A stretch of 64,000 nt of DNA, from the NCBI GenBank assembly GCA_004764695.1, contig SMSO01000014.1, positions 2,847,648 to 2,911,647 on the forward strand. The letters run 5' to 3'. A program made the position numbers and the translations under genes. The notes beneath the pieces were generated by a model. The model saw nothing but the letters and a program-made list of their open reading frames with translations, made no database searches and was not told the origin of the DNA. The DNA is from Schizochytrium sp. TIO01. Taxonomy: Eukaryota > Protista > Bigyra: Labyrinthulomycetes. Positions 44,668 through 55,740 of this stretch are shown in pieces. The first letter of the stretch is position 1. Every line of letters begins with the position of its first letter.

Positions 44668-45582
44668 ATGGACTCCGTTGCAGCGCGCGTGCAAAGTTCT
44701 GGTCTTTTGCGGCGTGAAAGTAGCGAGACCAACGATGACCTGGACCATGCTCGCAGACCAATTTTGGCATCACAGCACCAGCCAGAAGGAGACAGTTTCC
44801 ACGAGATTAGTCTGGACCGTAGACCCGAGGACCAACATGGCTACATCGCGGCTGGGAGCATAGAAATTCACGAACTTGCAGAAAAGCGCCGTGGCCTTCT
44901 CCGAGTACGTGGCACAGAGTGGGTTTATCTCATTGCAAACCGTGTTTATTTTAGCACAGCGTACTCCGTGCTGTATGTTGTGATGATTTTGCTCAACCTC
45001 ATTATGCTCGTTTGGCTGGTTATCAATAGCACGGGAGAGACATCAAGCGCCTTTGTAATCTTTGAAGGGCTTGTCACGCTAGTTTTGGGAATTGAGGTTG
45101 CAGCTAGAATGCTCACGCAAGGGTGCAAGTACTGGAAACGATGGTCTAATTGGTTTGAGTTTACTGTGTTACTACTCTGCATTGGTACCACAATCACAGC
45201 GCACACAACGAACTATGTTTCCATGTCTGAGGAAGTTGACGAACTACTTTCGGCTATCCTCATGGCTGCCCGGTATGTGCTTCAAGGGCTACGTCTCTTA
45301 GCTCTCCTGCAGCATCGCAAACGCTTAGCGGCATTGAATCCATCAGGTGTAGATTTTGCAAGCACAAATCGCCGCACATCATCTTTGGGTATCATTGATT
45401 TTGATAACATCGATGAGCATGAAATTGATCCACTTCATGACCCTGATCTGATTATGCGCGATGCACTTGATTTTGATGCGCTCGTTGCGAGTGCAGGACG
45501 TGGATCTCGTGGACAGTACCATCACCACCACAATCCAACACCCCCTTCTTCGATTGAGCTGAGTATGGTGGACCATCACTAA
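44668..45582 (+). CDS. Four-TM ion-transport (voltage-sensor-like S1-S4) protein without a pore domain
   Basis: S2 FEGLVTLVLGIEVAARM, YWKRWSNWFE (S2-S3 signature) and S4-like ARYVLQGLRLLAL; no S5-P-S6. ATG at 44668. Confidence 0.7.
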   Translation: MDSVAARVQSSGLLRRESSETNDDLDHARRPILASQHQPEGDSFHEISLDRRPEDQHGYIAAGSIEIHELAEKRRGLLRVRGTEWVYLIANRVYFSTAYSVLYVVMILLNLIMLVWLVINSTGETSSAFVIFEGLVTLVLGIEVAARMLTQGCKYWKRWSNWFEFTVLLLCIGTTITAHTTNYVSMSEEVDELLSAILMAARYVLQGLRLLALLQHRKRLAALNPSGVDFASTNRRTSSLGIIDFDNIDEHEIDPLHDPDLIMRDALDFDALVASAGRGSRGQYHHHHNPTPPSSIELSMVDHH

Positions 45583-46995
45583 ATTGTGTAGCTCTGTTCA
45601 TGCATGTTCCACTGTGCTTGCTCCCCCCATTTGTTACAAAAACGTTTCAAATCTCGCTTGTCTTTCATTTATTACATCAAGCAAACCAAACTTTCTAATT
45701 CTCCAGACCAATTAGGTGAGGTCATGGTGTCTATTGCTACAGCACGACTTTGCTACCATTGATGCAGTATATTTTTGGCACTATTCCTAGCTCTCCTCAT
45801 CTGTATCATTTCTGTATTCTCGCCGCAATCACGTGGACTTCTGTTCTCTGCGTGGACCCACTAATGTCTATTCCAATTTCTTCTGGCAGGGAATGATGTT
45901 GGGAGAACGGGTTCTGAGAACTGAAGCTAGCCATTACACAGACCATGCTCATGGTAAGCATGCAAAGCCCACGTAAGAATCAAAGTATATACCACTATCA
46001 AATTCGGAAAAGTAAAAGTACGCAGTAAATTCCGTCTACAGCCTTCGTTGTTGAAGAGAGTATTCTTTTCATTGCTACATGTTAGAAACACCATAGCTTT
46101 TGATTTAAAATTTTAAAAAACCATATCTACCTTTTGACCCAACCGGTTTATATGCTATTTTCATCGCGTCATCTGTATATCGCTAGCTAGAGAAATGCAA
46201 GGTATTGACCGTACCAGAAAAATCAGAAATAAAAAGAGTTATCTTGTTTTGTTTACATTCTGATGCCTTCTCTTCCTCATAATATCACTTGCTAGTCGTG
46301 TGAAATGCACACGTTCATCACTTGCTTTCTTCTTACAGAATTCACGGCACAACCTCTGAAGCCGCCGCCGTTTCCAATTTCCAACACTCTTTGCCACACT
46401 CGCTCTTTCACTGATCATCGGTTCTCACCCTGTTGAGGCAAGAGATCATCATCAGCGTGTGACTCCCAGAGCCCTTTCTTTGAAAGACCACGCAGAGCAC
46501 GAACGAACTAGACCAGCTTGACTAACAACTTTATCAAATAGTCTAACTTCACTGAGGCGTTTATTTCAATGGTCTCAGAAATTCCGATTCCAAACTAAGC
46601 TAACGAATTAAAAGCGACAGTCACATTTTGCTAAGGGCCTTCTGCAACAAGATTCCAATGATTTTCTTGTGCTCTTCGCCGCAGCGCTCGTGCTCGGGCC
46701 CACCTCATTCCTGCTTCACGCGTTAGATGAAAGAGACAAAGAAAAGGGCCGGAAAAGAAAATTGCAATTCTGTTTATCTCTCTTTTTTTTTTTATTCTTT
46801 TTTGAAAGAAAGCAAGCCTAAGCAAGACTACTAGTTACATGTAAAAAACAAAACAAAACAACTCATATTATTGACATTGCACTTCGAAGAAGACAACAGC
46901 AAGCAAGCTCTCGTCACCAATCCATGATTTGGAAAAATTAATATCGACTCACTCGTGGCTCAACTCAAACTCGTTACAAATTTCACAGCAAGGCA

Positions 46996-47107
46996 GTAAG
47001 TCCTGCTCGCGACAGATAAACTCAATCTGAGCTTGTCCTTGTTCGTTCGCTTCCTGCAAACGAACAAGCAAAGTGGATCGCATCCAAGTCTGCATCCTCT
47101 TTTGTAG
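46996..47107 (+). other. Probable 5'-UTR intron of HPPK-DHPS
   Basis: GTAAGT donor; pyrimidine tract with TTTGTAG acceptor ending just upstream of the ATG at 47116. Confidence 0.45.
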
Positions 47108-47115
47108 GTGACAGG

Positions 47116-48492
47116 ATGCGGCGTACTGCGCTGATTGCACTGGGCTCCAACCAGGGACGGAGTCTGGAGATCCTGAGCCACGCTGTACGTCAGGTTGGCC
47201 AAGTATGCGGTCGTGTGGTGGATTGCTCACATTTGTATAGGTCCAAGCCGCAACTTGTGGAAGACCAACCAGAATTCTTCAACGCTGCTGTTGCTGTGCA
47301 AACAACCTCGTCTGCCCAGGAGCTTATGCAGCAGCTGCAAAGCATTGAAAAGGCATACGAAAAGAGCTCCATTCGCTTCGGGCCTCGTGAGTTGGACCTT
47401 GACCTTGTAGCATTTGTGGATGGTGAAAATGTAATCCCAGAAGACATCTCGGACTATCGCCAACTCGCTTTGCCACACCCAAGAGCGCACGAACGTGACT
47501 TTGTGCTCAGACCGCTCTGTGACATGTTCTTGGGACGCCGTGTAGTTCTTGGAAATGGAGCACGTGCAGAGGAGCTGTTGGGCAAAACTCCCGATGAAGA
47601 ATGCATTCGAGTTGAGAGCGAGCCGTGGTCAAACATGACGACGGTGCCACCCGAAGCTGCAAAGGGCTCAACGCCTCTCATCATGGGCGTCTTAAACATC
47701 ACGCCCGACAGTTTCTCGGATGGTGGTAAGTATGTTAATCTCGAGAACGCAGTAAGCCAAGCACTCCTTATGCAATCTCAGGGAGCCCACGTCATTGATA
47801 TTGGCGGCGAGTCCACCAGACCTAATGCCATTGATGTTTCGCCGCAGGAAGAGCAAGATCGTGTGCTACCAGTAATTGAGGCGTTGCGCAAGCACCCAGA
47901 GTTTACAGCGCGACTTTCGATCGATACAAGGCATGTCGCAACTGCCCGTGAGGCGATTCTTGCAGGTGCACACATTATTAATGATGAGGTTGGTGAGCTT
48001 GACGATGAAGCAGAGGGTATGCTCCGAGCTGCTGGTGAGCTAGGCGTGCCGCTTATGACCATGCATTCTCGAGGTGATGCGCGTACAATGGAAAAACTCA
48101 AAATCGAAGATGGTTCTGTAGATATGACTACTTATGTAAAAGAGTGGCTCTGCGCGCGTGCCGCCCGTGCTCTGACCGGATACGGCGTTCCACGATGGAA
48201 TATGATGATCGATCCAGGCCTTGGTTTTGCCAAAACTCATGACCAAAACATGGAAATTCTCGCCCGCACTGATGAGCTGGTTGCGACCGAGTATGCCGTC
48301 TTGATTGGCACATCGCGCAAGCGGTTCGTTCGAAATTACACCAAGTTTGACATTGATGTCACAACTGCCGCGACATCGACAGCGGCTGTCCTAGCCGGGG
48401 CGCGCATGGTGCGCGTACATAGCATCCCGCATGCAGTCGACGTCTTGACGCTAGCGCAAGAACTGCGGTATCACCGCAGGAGCTCAAAATAA
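47116..48492 (+). CDS. HPPK-DHPS: Bifunctional hydroxymethyldihydropterin pyrophosphokinase-dihydropteroate synthase
   Basis: HPPK motifs: IALGSNQG, DQPEFFNAA, RFGPRELDLD, LPHPRAHERDFVLRPL. DHPS motifs: MGVLNITPDSFSDGG, DIGGESTRP, SIDT, DPGLGFAK, GTSRKRF. Confidence 0.96.
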   Translation: MRRTALIALGSNQGRSLEILSHAVRQVGQVCGRVVDCSHLYRSKPQLVEDQPEFFNAAVAVQTTSSAQELMQQLQSIEKAYEKSSIRFGPRELDLDLVAFVDGENVIPEDISDYRQLALPHPRAHERDFVLRPLCDMFLGRRVVLGNGARAEELLGKTPDEECIRVESEPWSNMTTVPPEAAKGSTPLIMGVLNITPDSFSDGGKYVNLENAVSQALLMQSQGAHVIDIGGESTRPNAIDVSPQEEQDRVLPVIEALRKHPEFTARLSIDTRHVATAREAILAGAHIINDEVGELDDEAEGMLRAAGELGVPLMTMHSRGDARTMEKLKIEDGSVDMTTYVKEWLCARAARALTGYGVPRWNMMIDPGLGFAKTHDQNMEILARTDELVATEYAVLIGTSRKRFVRNYTKFDIDVTTAATSTAAVLAGARMVRVHSIPHAVDVLTLAQELRYHRRSSK

Positions 48493-48608
48493 TTTTTTCA
48501 TTCTGTCTCCCCACATTTCATGGTTGTAGAGTAGTTAGAGTAGGAGTAATAATAGTTGTTGCTGCTGCTGATATGGAAAAGGATTTAAGATAAAACAGTT
48601 ATAACTTG

Positions 48609-50333
48609 TCACCTTGCTTCACCACCCATTACGCCACCTGGGTTTGCTGCCGCCCCGTTATGCGATGAGGAAAGGTGAAGTAGGTCGTCACTTACTTCTT
48701 CATGATCATCCATGCCTGCCTCAGTGTTGCCTGGAACGGGAGCCCCATCCTCAAGACCATCTACAAAATAATTGAAGAGGTCAGTAAGAGTAACGAGGCC
48801 CTCCAAATCACCATTCGCATCTACATACATGAGAGTATGATCCCGTATTTCAGAGAACTTTACAAAGATTTGTTGCAGGGTATCGTTCACAGAGCAAGTG
48901 TGTATGCGCATGCGTGAAGGAATCCCGAGTTCATTTTCTGATGAAGTTGTTGTATCAAACTCAGACGGAAGACCGAGAGACTCCACCCCACTCGCAGAGC
49001 TGTCAATGCTTTGACCTGATTTTGTGGACTCAGGCATACCATCCATATAATTCTCACCATAAGACTCTCCAAAGAGTAGGCGACCAAGAGCCAAATCCAA
49101 ACTATTTTCGATGGAGTTGTGAGACACCAGGTCGATAATGTTTGTTCGCGAGTAGGCGGCAATGGGCTTACCACGACGATTGATAATCGGAACGGATGAG
49201 ATTTGATTCTCTGATAACATGTCAAGAATTTCGTGCACGGGAGTGTTCAAAGTAGCAGTGTGGAGCTCGCCTCCGTTTGAAACGAGAGTGCCAATTCCAA
49301 GCGACTGAATTGACTGCTCAAAGAGTTGTCTATCTTCACAAAATTCTGAGACAAGGTACTGCAGCACGGCAAGGTGAGTAAGCACGCCTACGCAAACCTG
49401 TTCCTTCACGTCAATTACAGGTAGCCAGTGCAATTTGTGCGTCTTGAAAGCATAACAAGACTCATACAGAGAGCTTCTAGGATCTATGCTGACAAGTTGA
49501 GAGTAAGAAGTGACTGCACCAAAATCTTCCGATTTCTGACGCTTGTGCAGCTCCTCCGCTGCCACACGTGCAGCCTCAACGCCTGGCATTCCTGCTTCTA
49601 TCAGAGAGGTGGACATGCTCATGTCATCAAAGAGCTGTAATACGAGGCTTCTCCAAGAAGCGACAGAATGTGAGTCTAAAATTTCCAGCACTGAATTCGT
49701 CCGGTGGCCATAACGAAGCATGTCAATAAAGTCCAGCGTCGTAATTATCCCAGAGAGTTTTTGGGACAAAGGGTCCCACAACGGTGCAGAACCAATCTCG
49801 TGCTCCACTAACGCATAGTAAGATAACCGGATGGGAATATTGCGGTCGAACACTACCACCTTGCTGCTCTGTGGTACAAGATCATAGCAGGTGGCCTCGT
49901 GTAAAAACGCTGCTATGACACGTTTTCCCTCAACGCGTGCATCAAATTCAAGGCTGCCTTCAGAGGGTCGTCTTTGCATAGTCAGACCTGTTGTCCTGGT
50001 CGTGCCCATACCCTCTTGCTCCTCGTCTTCAGCTTCTGTCATAAAAGCAGCGACTACAGCATCTGCGGATCCATCAGAATCATTGTCCTCTTCACGTCCA
50101 GGTCCGCGATGGCTCGCATCATTGTGGTCCTGCATTTGCATATTGCGCATTTGTTCCTCCAAATGCATGTCATGACCTAATGCTGGTGGTGCAGCTGGCA
50201 AAGACGATGAGATAGTTTGGGGAGATCCGTAAGTTTGTTCTGTTAAACCAGACATGGTACTCTCAGAAGAGTGTGAGTGAGGAGCATGCTCTTTGAGGTT
50301 GCCCCCAGGGCCTGCTCTGTCTCCGTTTTGCAT
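48609..50333 (-). CDS. SNF4: CBS-domain protein, AMPK gamma/SNF4-like regulatory subunit
   Basis: TCYDLVPQSSKVVVFD, SAPLWD..GIITTLDFI, HWLPVID, ISSVPII and GLVTLTDL; four CBS-like repeats. Confidence 0.85.
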   Translation of the reverse strand: MQNGDRAGPGGNLKEHAPHSHSSESTMSGLTEQTYGSPQTISSSLPAAPPALGHDMHLEEQMRNMQMQDHNDASHRGPGREEDNDSDGSADAVVAAFMTEAEDEEQEGMGTTRTTGLTMQRRPSEGSLEFDARVEGKRVIAAFLHEATCYDLVPQSSKVVVFDRNIPIRLSYYALVEHEIGSAPLWDPLSQKLSGIITTLDFIDMLRYGHRTNSVLEILDSHSVASWRSLVLQLFDDMSMSTSLIEAGMPGVEAARVAAEELHKRQKSEDFGAVTSYSQLVSIDPRSSLYESCYAFKTHKLHWLPVIDVKEQVCVGVLTHLAVLQYLVSEFCEDRQLFEQSIQSLGIGTLVSNGGELHTATLNTPVHEILDMLSENQISSVPIINRRGKPIAAYSRTNIIDLVSHNSIENSLDLALGRLLFGESYGENYMDGMPESTKSGQSIDSSASGVESLGLPSEFDTTTSSENELGIPSRMRIHTCSVNDTLQQIFVKFSEIRDHTLMYVDANGDLEGLVTLTDLFNYFVDGLEDGAPVPGNTEAGMDDHEEVSDDLLHLSSSHNGAAANPGGVMGGEAR

Positions 50334-52095
50334 AGTATCTGTTAATTTGTACTATACCTGTTTGATACAGAACACACTCTTCGAGGATCAATCAAAGATT
50401 AGATACTGCGGAAGAGAGAAAAGGTAGTGAAAGAATCACCGTGACCCAAACAGAGAAATTAAGTTGAAAGAGTGGAAGAAACACTACACTCGTTCGTAGT
50501 AAAAGCGATCCGCCAGGGAGCAGCGGTGTAGCGATTAAATCCTCAAACAAAACTTTGATACTGCAAGCTAAGAGCAGTACCGTATTTTGTTTGAAATGAG
50601 GTTCTCAACTCTGATCACAAGCCAGAATAGATCCTGTCGTGTAGACAGATAGACGAAAAGTGGTGATGAAATAAAAAGACGCGACAAAAGTAAAGACAAG
50701 AAATTGACGCCGTTTGCACTTTTGACTCTACTCCAACTTTCCTCCCTCGAGATCGCTGTGACCCTTCCTAACAATATCAGCTCCCCTAAGAAATTTGCCC
50801 CAAAACAACGCAAGGTTTCAGTCTTTGATTGTACACACCAAGCAGCTTCTTGGATACGATTGCAGATCCACAACGGGGTAATCCAGTGAATTCTCTTCGG
50901 AATCCCTAAATAAGCTTTTTCAATTTGGGCGTAGGTTGACACCTACGTTCCAGCGTAGATACTAAGAGCCTGTCCTCACAACACCACAAAATCGTCTCGA
51001 TACGAGCACGTGGTATCAATATATTATAAGAGATATGCGTGTATTTGAATATGTTGTTGTCTAAAAGAAAGGCTTTCTCGGCGTCACTGCAGCACCGATG
51101 TAGCAAGTATCCAATGTAAGACGGTATCTGCGAGTCGCCCCTGCGGCCAGCAGAGCGTCTGCAACGTATCTTGCGATAGCGGGAGCGGCAGCAACAAGGC
51201 GCAGAAGGAAGGTTGAGTAAGTGAGTGACCGAATGGGTGAATGAATTAAACAATGAATCGGAAACAGAGAGCAAAGCAGCAGCAGCAGTAGCTGCAGCGG
51301 GTGTCACAGCGCGACGCCGTGATAAAGTTCTAAACAGGTTGATGGGGGTGTGCCTCGTCCCGCCGCAGCGATCTCTTGCACGCTGCTTCGAGCGCCGCTT
51401 CGTCGTCCCGCGCGAGAAAGCGACGTGGAAGAAGGATTCAAGTCTGCAAGCGATTGCTGGAGGAGGCACAAAACCTTGGTCCTGGATTTAAGGACATGAA
51501 CCTTCATCCTTCTGCTTTCTTTCCTTTGCAAGTTCTTTTCCTTTTCCCCAACAGCCTAAGAATGAGTATTATTATGCTTTCTTTCCTCTCTGTCAGTTTA
51601 GTACATGTGTTAATAGACTAGTTGCTGCTTATCACGAAGTGGTCATGTGATGTTCATATTTGCGTAGAAAGTTCGGTTGTTTCAGACTCCAAGTGGATTG
51701 CTGCATTAATAAACATCAATCCTGTTTATCCTTTCTGCGTTGCGCTATATCATTTTAACCGTATGGAGGGCCCTATTTCCCGCCGATAAACCTCATTCCT
51801 GGTGAAACTGAAACAGTTCCTGTTAAGCTTTATTCGGGTTGCTTGAGAAGGGAGATGAGAGCGCATGCTTTGCGCCTGCATGTTGCGACGAAATTCTTCC
51901 CTTTTGGTCAAAATCCTTATGGCGGGGAGATGCGCAGTGTTGCTCAGTGTTTTCGTGCATGCTCGTACTACAATCGCCACTTTCCAGAAATGTGTGCGTA
52001 CCTGGGCGGTGAGTTCCCACCGCGTCCCACCGATTTAAAAGCTCCATTCCAACTAAAACTTAAACTTAAATGTTATGCTTTGTTTGTTTGTTTTT

Positions 52096-53398
52096 TTATT
52101 CAACAAACGCAAAGAACTTGTCAAAAGCAGCATTATCACCTGCGATCATCTTGTCACTTGCTCCAATCGTTGCCATGCCGAAGTCAATCACCCTCACCGC
52201 TTGAATGCTGTCAACGACAAAGTTGTTCAATCGAATATCATTGTGCGCAATGCCATACTCGTGCACAGCTGACAGTGCTGCACGTGCCTTGCGCTTGATC
52301 TCACTGGTGATCGACGCTTTCGGTAGTCGAGAAAGTGCATCACCGTAATACGAGACTGCAATCAGTAAATCATTGAACATATGCCTTCTACCGAACAAGT
52401 AGAACGGGACGTGAATGCCCATTAGCGGCCGCAGTTCCTCATACACAGCCATTTCATTTTCGAAGCTTGCAATCGCATCCATCTGATACTGTCTAGAGTT
52501 GTTCTTGGGAGTCATAACCTTGGCAACACAATTGACACCGTATGCCACTGTATGCGCTGAGATTGAGTACTGACCCATCGGGTACTGTTTAACGACACCT
52601 TCAAGTCCACCACCTCGATACGGGAACTGGGCAACAGTGTACGGCAGTGAGTCTTGGAGAGCTTTCAGCTTCTTGATAATCGATTCATCGCCGTCGCTTG
52701 AGGAAGTGGTAGTATTCATATTCTGGGTAGCATTCTTGTTACCTCTACCCGTTATGCGCTTCGCTGTATTGACGATCGAGGAAACAAAACTACTACTACC
52801 ACCAGCACTTTTGCCGGTAAGCATTTTGTACGAGCCTTCCCATTCCTTCATATCCTTGATATCCTTGATCGCCTTACCGCACGGAATTGAAAATCCTTTC
52901 TCGTTCCTTCTCTGTCAAATGAAGCTTTGCTTCTTTCAACGCGTTCACAACAAAAGCAAAGTATGAAAGCTTGACAGAATCTTCCCCGTTTGCAGTGGCA
53001 TTAAATACCCGCGAAACGTGTAAGTTGTTGTCTTTGTCCAGTTTTAGAAACCACGTGCGATCTGTCGTACTCAAGACACCGTAGCAGACGCATATACAGA
53101 GCATGTACACATAAACCTGTACAATAGGCGACTCTGGAAAATGCTCGTCGAACCGTTCCGCGGGACTACAATGACAACAACAGAATCGTCGCTTGTACTC
53201 ACAGAGAAACTCATTTGCAAAGAGAAAGAAGACTTGTTATGAAGACTTACAAAACCTTGGGAACTATTGAACGTCAAAAGTACCTAGTCCTTCATATCCT
53301 TTTTCCCAGTATACCTTCTCTCCTTCGAAACCCCATATGTGGTTATGCGGGGTGAACTAGAACCCGCGTTTGCCAAATTTATGTGCTATTGCAATCAT
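52096..53398 (-). pseudogene. Crinkler-like PD-(D/E)XK nuclease + protein kinase fusion, disrupted
   Basis: LCEYK (53200), PIVQVYVYM..YGVLSTTDRTWFLK, then a +1 shift at ~52877 into the kinase (VAKV, ENEMAVY, HNDIRLNN, IDFG). In-frame stops at 53359, 53266 and 53239. Confidence 0.72.
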
Positions 53399-54310
53399 AC
53401 GAGTTCTGAGTTACGTCCGAGAACTAAACATCATCAGAGTTGCTACAAATGTTCCCAGATATACAATACTTATCTGCAAAATAAGACGATATTGTTGTAT
53501 TGATCCTTATCCTCCGCAGAATTGGAAAGAATCGGCCCCGCATACCAATCTTGCGTGCATTAATACCTTGGCCCACTTGTCCACTTCCACGCTCATTCAT
53601 TGGGTCAACTTGTTCAAAGTGCATAAGGTTTGGTCAACCAATACTTTTCTGTGTTTCAACTCTAACATTCCGAATGTGTGACCAGTGATCTGAGAGTACC
53701 TACTATACATGCGCGCGGGATGCATGTCGAAATTGAAGTTCTGTGGATAAGCTGCAGCTCTACGAGTGGGGCGGATTTGGAGTTGCTCTTATGGTTAAAC
53801 ACACCCAAAATGCAGATCTTCTTCTTTTTTTCTTTTTAAAAGAAATGCCATCTACTTATCTCACAGTAGTATATTTCCTTTTCTTTGTGTTTTTAATTAT
53901 TTTAGCCCATCTACCTACCTACCTGCCTAGTCTAGTCCTAAGAACGTCATTATAGAGGAAGGTCTAAGTAGTAGCAGTTGACTAATCAAAACAATAGGAT
54001 AGGGCTAGTCTGCTCTAGCTAGGTGTATGTGACACATAAACTTGATTTCGGGCCTAGTGATGAGAGCGCTCAATCAACCACGGTCAACGAAGCAGAAGTA
54101 GATTGAGGCTCGGCAGGCGGTGGGCGCACGTTCGTGGTGGCGTAGCAAACCGTACTGCGCAGCCTACAGTTGCGGGGCCGTGTACAGTGGCTCCTCTGAA
54201 GGCTGCTTTGCGCTTGCGTTCGCGTGCAGCTGCGTGAGAGTAGAGACCAACGACGACGATTAGGAAATTTGGAGAGCGACTCGCCATTCGGGAAAGCGCG
54301 GGGGGGCAAG

Positions 54311-55234
54311 ATGTCTTCACAAAGCGAAGATACGAAGAAATCGAAATATGCGAGAAATGCAAAAAAGACTTACGAGGCGCGATTAAACATTGAGGAAGTA
54401 GGACAGGATGTTGATCGTTTTCTGAACCAAAAAAGTAAGCTGGACAGTGCTGAAGAAGTCCAAATTGTTAGTTCATTTGTGGACAAGCTCGACAAAACGC
54501 TGGTGAGCAAAGATGCTACTATCGTTAAAGATGACACGGAAGTTTTCGTTAAAATCACAGATGTGACAACGAGGGCGATTGTCAAGGCTGCGCATAAATC
54601 ACGGAATATTGAGGAGAGTCACATTCTACAGGGTCTGAAGAAGAACTACAAGGACGGTGATGGCCTGAATTGGAAGAGTCTTGGGGCTTTCGCGAGCAGA
54701 TATTTCCATGGCGTTTCTAACAACGGTTTTCTTTGTAACTCCCTCGAAGTAGAACCTAAAGAACGTAAAACTAAACAGAAGAGGCAAAAGATCTCTGAGG
54801 ATGCTAAGGTGGTGGAACCCTTAAAAGTCAACATGTCAAAAGAAGACCCATCCGCGCACCGTGCTCAAAAGCATCACACAAAATTGCAGACTGAAATTTT
54901 TGAGCATATTAAGAAGAGGAAGCGGGTGAACTATCTCAAAACAGTGATCAATCCTGAGTCATTTACCCAGACTGTTGAGAATATCTTTACTTCCTCCTTC
55001 TTGGTCAAAGATGCTGCTGCTTACATGGAGTTAGATCCGAATGGAGTTCCTTTTATCGCTGATGGTTCTAAAAATCTGGATGCTCAAAATGCTCAAAATC
55101 AGGTACATCAGTATCCTCATCAGTCCATTTTGAGTTTCTCCATGGCGGATTGGAAGAATGCTATCGAGTCGTATGGAATTAGAGAGTCTGCTCTGCAGAC
55201 CCGCAAAGACACGATCTATAATAATACCAACTAA
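54311..55234 (+). CDS. NSE4: SMC5/6 complex kleisin subunit Nse4/EID3
   Basis: LNWKSLG; VINPESFTQTVENIFTSSFLVKD..NGVP..QSILSFSMADWKNAIESYGI (Nse4 C-terminal domain). ATG at 54311. Confidence 0.85.
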   Translation: MSSQSEDTKKSKYARNAKKTYEARLNIEEVGQDVDRFLNQKSKLDSAEEVQIVSSFVDKLDKTLVSKDATIVKDDTEVFVKITDVTTRAIVKAAHKSRNIEESHILQGLKKNYKDGDGLNWKSLGAFASRYFHGVSNNGFLCNSLEVEPKERKTKQKRQKISEDAKVVEPLKVNMSKEDPSAHRAQKHHTKLQTEIFEHIKKRKRVNYLKTVINPESFTQTVENIFTSSFLVKDAAAYMELDPNGVPFIADGSKNLDAQNAQNQVHQYPHQSILSFSMADWKNAIESYGIRESALQTRKDTIYNNTN

Positions 55235-55740
55235 GTCAAAGTCATACGTTCACAGTTTCGCATTGCGTGCGTACACCTCAAGGACTTGACTTCATCTGCA
55301 TAAATCTAGGATCTTGTCTAACCAGAAATCCAAAGTATTTTTCTTCTTGCAACTTTCATTTGATCTTGCCTTGCCCCTATTGTATCCTTACGTTAGTCTT
55401 TGAAAATGCGTCTAACGCAAGGATTTATTACATTGGCACTGATTGTTTGTTTCTGCAATACTAGAGAAAGAATGGCAGAAATGAATTTGGATTGATTGTA
55501 TGATGAAGCACATGATGGATCATAGGACAACAATTGCAAGAGACACGAATCTTGAACCATGGTACTTTGTGGGTTGTTTTATTTAATGTTAAGATATTTG
55601 AAATTAAACAGGTATACATACTCTATTTCGTGTCTAGTAACCTCGATTTTATTTTGTTTTCATTTTCGTCTTCTCTTTCGAGCAATTTTAAATTTCTTGT
55701 ATGCAAATGGAGCTTGTGACGGTTGCGTAGAATAAACTTT

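Noticed and set aside
51750-52090. WDAVGTH motif suggesting a pogo/DDE_1 transposase next to the kinase relic
   Set aside because: No downstream IPGG/QPLD motifs or terminal inverted repeats were found.
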